64,000 nucleotides of DNA from a candidate division FCPU426 bacterium. Lineage in GTDB: Bacteria > Oederibacteriota > Muellerivitia > Muellerivitales > Muellerivitaceae. Below the pieces are notes generated by a model. It was not told the origin of the DNA, made no database searches, and saw only the letters and a program-made list of their open reading frames with translations. Of the stretch, positions 59,869 through 64,000 are shown one piece after another; position 1 is the stretch's first letter; each line of letters begins with the position of its first letter. Made by a program: the position numbers and the translations under genes. The stretch spans positions 64,001-128,000 of the forward strand of contig CAWKAR010000039.1 in assembly GCA_963847625.1 (NCBI GenBank), read 5' to 3'.

Positions 59869-60848
59869 GCCAAGGCCACCTTTAAGGCTACGGCCTGTGA
59901 TACCTTCGCGGCCACTTCCTTCTTGTCGTCGTCAAAGTAGGTTTGTGTAGTCCTGGGGTCGGCATGACCAGCGAAGACTTGGGTGGCGTACAGGTCCCCG
60001 GTTACTTGCCGGGCCGTGGTGATGGCCGTATGTCTCAAGCCGTGGGGACGAACAACCACCCCACATTGGCCGCCAAGCTGTTTTAGCAGGTAATAAAGGC
60101 CCTGGCCGGTCAAACGGCCCCGGCCCCGGTGATCCAGGTTGGAAAAGAAAGGCCCGTCCACTTGACCACGAACGGAAACCCATTCTTTCAAAGCCACTAA
60201 GGTTTCGGAGGGTATTTGAAGCTCAACCTTTTGACGTTTGCCCTTTCGTTGAACCCTTAAAAGACCTTTCTCTAGGTCCACGTCGCCAAGGTCCAGGGAA
60301 GTCATTTCCGCTCGACGCAAGGCCAAGGAAAGGGCCAAGTGTAAAAGGGCCGTGTCCCTTTCCCGTTTAGGGGAGGGCTCATTATTCGCTACAGTCAAAA
60401 GCATCTTAAACCCTCCCAAGCTCGGTCCTTTGGTATCTCGGACCGCTTCTTTCTTCAAGCCTGGAATTTCTAAAGACCAATTCACTGCACCCAAGGCCCG
60501 CGCCATACGGACTAAAGAACGGATGGCCGAAAGCTTTTGATTGATGGAAGAGCTTGAAAGGCCCTTTGTGGTTAAGTGGGAACGGTAGGAGAGAATCAGA
60601 CGGTTAGCTTCACCTGGGGTTTGGCGGAAAAGATGAAAGAGCGCTTGGGCAGGGGTGGGGATGCCTATAAATCCGGCGAAGTCCTGAAAAGCTTCCCCGT
60701 AGGCTACCCTAGTGCGCGGGCTTAAACTTTCAAGGAATGTATTTAAAACCTCTTTCCATTGTGAACCCTCAACCACCAACAACGGGGAAAAATCTTCTGT
60801 GACATGGTTTTGCTTGGCAAGGTTGGTTTGGTTTATTTCTTCCATCAT
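59865..60848 (-). CDS. Second tyrosine recombinase (Xer/resolvase-like, SAM-like N-domain)
   Basis: RD...LALRRAEM, KGK, PHGLRHTA, AGHADPRTTQTY; AGGGGG before ATG 60848. Confidence 0.9.
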   Translation of the reverse strand: MMEEINQTNLAKQNHVTEDFSPLLVVEGSQWKEVLNTFLESLSPRTRVAYGEAFQDFAGFIGIPTPAQALFHLFRQTPGEANRLILSYRSHLTTKGLSSSSINQKLSAIRSLVRMARALGAVNWSLEIPGLKKEAVRDTKGPSLGGFKMLLTVANNEPSPKRERDTALLHLALSLALRRAEMTSLDLGDVDLEKGLLRVQRKGKRQKVELQIPSETLVALKEWVSVRGQVDGPFFSNLDHRGRGRLTGQGLYYLLKQLGGQCGVVVRPHGLRHTAITTARQVTGDLYATQVFAGHADPRTTQTYFDDDKKEVAAKVSQAVALKVALA

Positions 60849-60868
60849 GGACCCCCTGAAATAATATG

Positions 60869-60909
60869 ATAACTTAGTTAATAGTAACATAGTTATTATA
60901 TACGGTCAA
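60869..60909 (-). promoter_or_regulatory. sigma70 promoter overlapped by a 28-bp imperfect inverted repeat
   Basis: Minus strand TTGACC-17 nt-TACTAT with extended TG; ATAACTTAGTT-AATAGT-AACATAGTTAT at 60869-60896. Confidence 0.65.
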
Positions 60910-61404
60910 GAGGTTAGGAAAAATATTTTTAAATTATTTTAAAATTCTAAAAGTTTTTTTCTTGATCCGTCTGGGGTTTGCTTGTCTAAACGGGGATTAG
61001 AGAAAGCAAAAATTTAGGGATTAATGACGAAACCGGAAACAGTTCGAATAAAGCAATGACACTCAAAGATGTTATTTTTCGCGGAACCGATAAAGGTCAA
61101 AGGCCGTCCAAAAAAATGCGGTACATTACCGGAGGGACACCCTCCGAAAGTGCGGGTCTTTGTCTTTCAACTTTTGATGATTGGCTCTTTGTGTTTTTGG
61201 TTTGCCAAAATGAAAAGGGGGGTAGGCCACCGGGGGAGGGCCTGAAATTCGGAAGAAAAGGTTTTTTTCCAACCTTACACCAGCGGTATAAAATCCCCAT
61301 TAGGCCGAATAAATCTAATGGCAAATCATCAGACGGCTAGGACGATGCTTGGACGGTACCAAAAAAATGGTGTCCAGTCGAAAACCCTTTTAATTTAATC
61401 GTTT

Positions 61405-61624
61405 GGACACTAGGACGCTAAAGACACTAATTTTGATACTCTCTACCCTCTTTTACCCACCAATACCCCGCCTTATACCCTTACTCTCTCTTTATTTTAT
61501 TTTTTCTCAAGATAAAGAAAATTAGTGTCTTACTGTCCAAGAAGTAGGGAACACCTTTTAAAATCAGGTTTTTAGAGATGGACAGTAACTTAAAATTTAG
61601 TGTCCAGGTAGTGTCTTAGTGCCC
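61405..61624. repeat. Iteron-like array, putative replication origin of the element
   Basis: Nine RGACACTA-like octamers in both orientations, and a perfect 14-bp IR (61421-61434/61518-61531) around a pyrimidine-rich tract with phased TACCC. Confidence 0.7.
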
Positions 61625-61680
61625 CAAAAAGTCGCATAATTGAGGATGAAGATTTAAAGGGTTAAAGGGCCTTTTTGGAA

Positions 61681-61899
61681 TTATTCCAACCCTTTGAACA
61701 GATCGGAGACTTTGCAATTAAGGGCCTTGGCAATTTGAAGAATTTTACCGGCGGTGGCCTGTTGTTCCCCCCGCTCAACGGAACCGATGAAGTTATGATG
61801 GCAATCGGCTATTTCCGCAAGCTTCTCTTGTGAAATGCTCTTTTTGGCCCTTAGTTTTCGCAGGTTTTCTCCAAACTTTTTTGAAACGGTGTCTTTCAT
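61681..61899 (-). CDS. Small XRE/C-protein-like HTH regulator
   Basis: FGENLRKLR...SQEKLAE...FIGSVERGEQ...IAKALNC. Confidence 0.88.
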   Translation of the reverse strand: MKDTVSKKFGENLRKLRAKKSISQEKLAEIADCHHNFIGSVERGEQQATAGKILQIAKALNCKVSDLFKGLE

Positions 61900-61986
61900 A
61901 TTTACGGATTAAATGAAAATCCCTAGACTAAGACCACCCATGATAATGGGTAATTGAATGTTAATTATGATTTCGGGAATGTGAAA

Positions 61987-62439
61987 ATGAAAAAAATGAC
62001 AATTGTTTTTATCGCCTTTTTCGCAGTTGGTTGTGCTGGTAGGCCTTTCGTAAATATGTACTCTCGGATTGACACATCTGATAAGACTGTTTTTGCTCCC
62101 CTGGGGGAAAGGGGCCTGACTGGCCAGTTGAAAAGGGTTTTGCGAGAAAAAGGATGGAATGTTTATGTATCAAACCGAGGGGACAGCGTAACAACAGGGT
62201 TGCCTAATCAAAACTCATATTCAACTTCTTCCACCCCGACGGCTCGTTATCGACTTCTATTGGGTTATAGGCGAGTTGGAACTGAAGCAGATGAAATAAA
62301 TCTCGATTTGTCTTTTGTTGACGTAAAAACTGGCCAAGAAGTTTTTACAATGAATAGTAATTACACTACCACGGAAGCGGTCGTTGAAGATTTTTCAAAA
62401 GCTTTAGATTCTTCCAATCTCGGTCAGTCAAATCAATGA
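61987..62439 (+). CDS. Lipoprotein of unknown function
   Basis: MKKMTIVFIAFFAVGC lipobox. Confidence 0.72.
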   Translation: MKKMTIVFIAFFAVGCAGRPFVNMYSRIDTSDKTVFAPLGERGLTGQLKRVLREKGWNVYVSNRGDSVTTGLPNQNSYSTSSTPTARYRLLLGYRRVGTEADEINLDLSFVDVKTGQEVFTMNSNYTTTEAVVEDFSKALDSSNLGQSNQ

Positions 62440-62642
62440 GTGACTAAACCATCACAATGATAATGGGTAATTTTCTAAGCGGAAATGTTGAACCCAATAA
62501 AGCGACCAAAATTAGTATTTATAGATAGCTGCAAAAATAAACGAATGCATCGCACGCTAGAAACACTGAAATATCAATGGATTTAAAGCGTGGCGCATTC
62601 TATTACTTATGTGGTTATCTATAAGATTGAATGGAGGGCGAA

Positions 62643-63548
62643 ATGACGATTGAAGAACGCTTGAGTACCTTGGAAAAAGAAGTTAAAAGAACAAAACGCC
62701 TCAACCGTTACTTATTGGGTGCTGCCCTGTTGGTTGCCACAATTGGATTAATTGGTGCAGCGCCATTACATCAGCTAAAAGAAATACGGGCAAACAGTTT
62801 CATTCTTGAGGATGAAACCGGAAATACTCGTGCCAATTTATGTATGAAAGACGGAGAACCAAGGTTGGTTTTTTTGGATGAAAATGCGAAAGAGATCATT
62901 AGGCTATCCGTAGACAGCATGAAACCGTTAGGCGTGGACGTTAATTCTAGCCATCTCTATCTTTGTGAGAACGACAAAAACATGGTTATGTTGTCTTCTT
63001 CTCGTATGCTTATACAAGATCAGGGTGGAGAAATCATTTGGGAGGAGCCTACGACCAAAAAGACTTTTGATGAAATTAGAGCAAAAAAAATCGTTCTTGA
63101 GGATGAGAACGGTACTAATAGGGCTGGCCTATTTATGACCAACGAAGGTCCAAACCTTGTTATGACAGATGATAACGGCAATTTGCGTGTCGTTCTGGCT
63201 GAGTTCAAGAAGGGGCCTGGATTAAGCTTTTTAGATGGGAATGGACAAACTATTGAAAGTCTCACTACATACGATGATCGCCCTAGTCTGAGCCAATATG
63301 AAAAAAATGGAAAAAGAAATGCCATGTTAACTTTAATAAAAGATAAAGGTTCAATGCTTGAACTGTCTGACGGCAATGGTTTAGATCGAGTCCAATTAAA
63401 TGCTTTCAGTGTTGGGCCAGAGTTGGTTTTATTTGATGAAAACCATACGAACCGTGTGGCGTTAGGTACAATCAAAGAGCCCTTTCTTACACTGTTAGAT
63501 GAAAAGGGCAATATTTTTTGGGCAACGCCATCCAAGACCGGGGAGTAA
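62643..63548 (+). CDS. Membrane-anchored beta-repeat protein with an internal duplication
   Basis: Coiled coil, transmembrane segment, repeated EIRAxxxxLEDExGxxRA and L-D-NG units; GGAGG before ATG 62643. Confidence 0.7.
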   Translation: MTIEERLSTLEKEVKRTKRLNRYLLGAALLVATIGLIGAAPLHQLKEIRANSFILEDETGNTRANLCMKDGEPRLVFLDENAKEIIRLSVDSMKPLGVDVNSSHLYLCENDKNMVMLSSSRMLIQDQGGEIIWEEPTTKKTFDEIRAKKIVLEDENGTNRAGLFMTNEGPNLVMTDDNGNLRVVLAEFKKGPGLSFLDGNGQTIESLTTYDDRPSLSQYEKNGKRNAMLTLIKDKGSMLELSDGNGLDRVQLNAFSVGPELVLFDENHTNRVALGTIKEPFLTLLDEKGNIFWATPSKTGE

Positions 63549-63553
63549 AATTC

Positions 63554-63892
63554 ATGGCGGATACTTCTTCTAATAATGTCACTGGTCCCCAGTTTCAAGC
63601 TATGTCCATTATTGGTATTTTGATGTTGGCGTATGCGCTTCGCCCCCGTGATCCCTACGGCTATTACATCTTGTTGAGGTGGGTTTGTTGTCCGACATTG
63701 GGTTACTTGGCTTTTGCCGCAAATGGGAAAATTCAGAAATCCTGGGCATGGTTTTTGGGGATTGGAGCGCTTCTTTACAATCCAATTATTACCCCGCATT
63801 TAGGTCGTGAAATTTGGCGTATCGTAAACGTTGTCACGATTGGGGCCTTGGTCGTTTTTATCTATCGAAACAAATTTTTCCGGTCCTGCTGA
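63554..63892 (+). CDS. Small membrane protein (DUF6804-like)
   Basis: PYGYYILLRWVCC...LLYNPI...HLGREIW. Confidence 0.65.
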   Translation: MADTSSNNVTGPQFQAMSIIGILMLAYALRPRDPYGYYILLRWVCCPTLGYLAFAANGKIQKSWAWFLGIGALLYNPIITPHLGREIWRIVNVVTIGALVVFIYRNKFFRSC

Positions 63893-63935
63893 ATTAATTT
63901 TTTGTCTTCAACTCGGTAATATCTCTTACGAAATC

Positions 63936-63958
63936 ATCTACCTTTCGTCTACCTTTTC
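63936..63958 (+). repeat. Tandem arm-type integrase sites (right)
   Basis: ATCTACCTTTC-GTCTACCTTTTC, the same motif as at 54744-54767. Confidence 0.7.
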
Positions 63959-64000
63959 CACATCTCAACGAGTGACAATGAGTTTTAAACCGTTATAAAG

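Larger units (their letters stand above)
54698..64000. mobile_element. Integrative element (satellite/PICI-like or IME-like) inserted at tRNA-Gln; right end probably just beyond the window
   Basis: Tyrosine integrase adjacent to the tRNA, Xis-like HTH, SF3-like helicase, second recombinase, visibly AT-richer DNA, and matching TCTACCTTT(T)C repeats at 54744-54767 and 63936-63958. Confidence 0.88.

Noticed and set aside
61056..61340. Short ORFs on both strands upstream of the ori-like array
   Set aside because: No clear RBS or motifs; mutually overlapping; likely non-coding.
61405..61624. CRISPR array
   Set aside because: Repeats are 8 bp, in mixed orientation, without regular spacers; no cas genes in the window.
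59865..62600. Integron (recombinase plus cassettes)
   Set aside because: I saw no IntI-specific insertion in the recombinase and no RYYYAAC...GTTRRRY attC ends.

Overview
Bacterial chromosomal window from a diderm, probably polysaccharide-degrading organism. Its gene mix (SLH-anchored outer-membrane barrels, a GT9 heptosyltransferase, a T9SS-like C-terminal domain, PolC) reminds me of candidate phylum FCPU426 or its relatives, but that assignment is unverified. 1-6.8 kb is the end of an operon with three large outer-membrane barrel genes and two carbohydrate-binding lipoprotein genes. 6.9-54.7 kb is mostly housekeeping: lepA-lepB-hemW-hrcA-grpE-dnaK, dxr-rseP-sucCD, a secreted clan-A glycoside hydrolase, ispG-proS, an exonuclease-less PolC, rimP-nusA-infB-rbfA-truB-ribF-rpsO-pnp, wecA-like, ispE and tRNA-Gln(TTG). 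The most striking unannotated signal is at 45.0-47.6 kb. A TPR/sigma54 enhancer-binding protein gene is followed by two TGT-N11-ACA sites, a perfect sigma54 promoter and a ~95-nt non-coding transcript. That transcript carries the 16S anti-Shine-Dalgarno sequence UCACCUCCU and ends in an intrinsic terminator, giving a LuxO/Qrr-like module architecture. From 54.7 kb to the window end lies a ~9.4-kb element integrated in tRNA-Gln. It has an integrase whose ORF reads into the tRNA, a Xis-like HTH, an SF3-like helicase, a second tyrosine recombinase, an iteron-like origin and membrane/lipoprotein cargo. Matching arm-type repeats occur at both ends. All calls come from reading the sequence by eye; no database searches were run.
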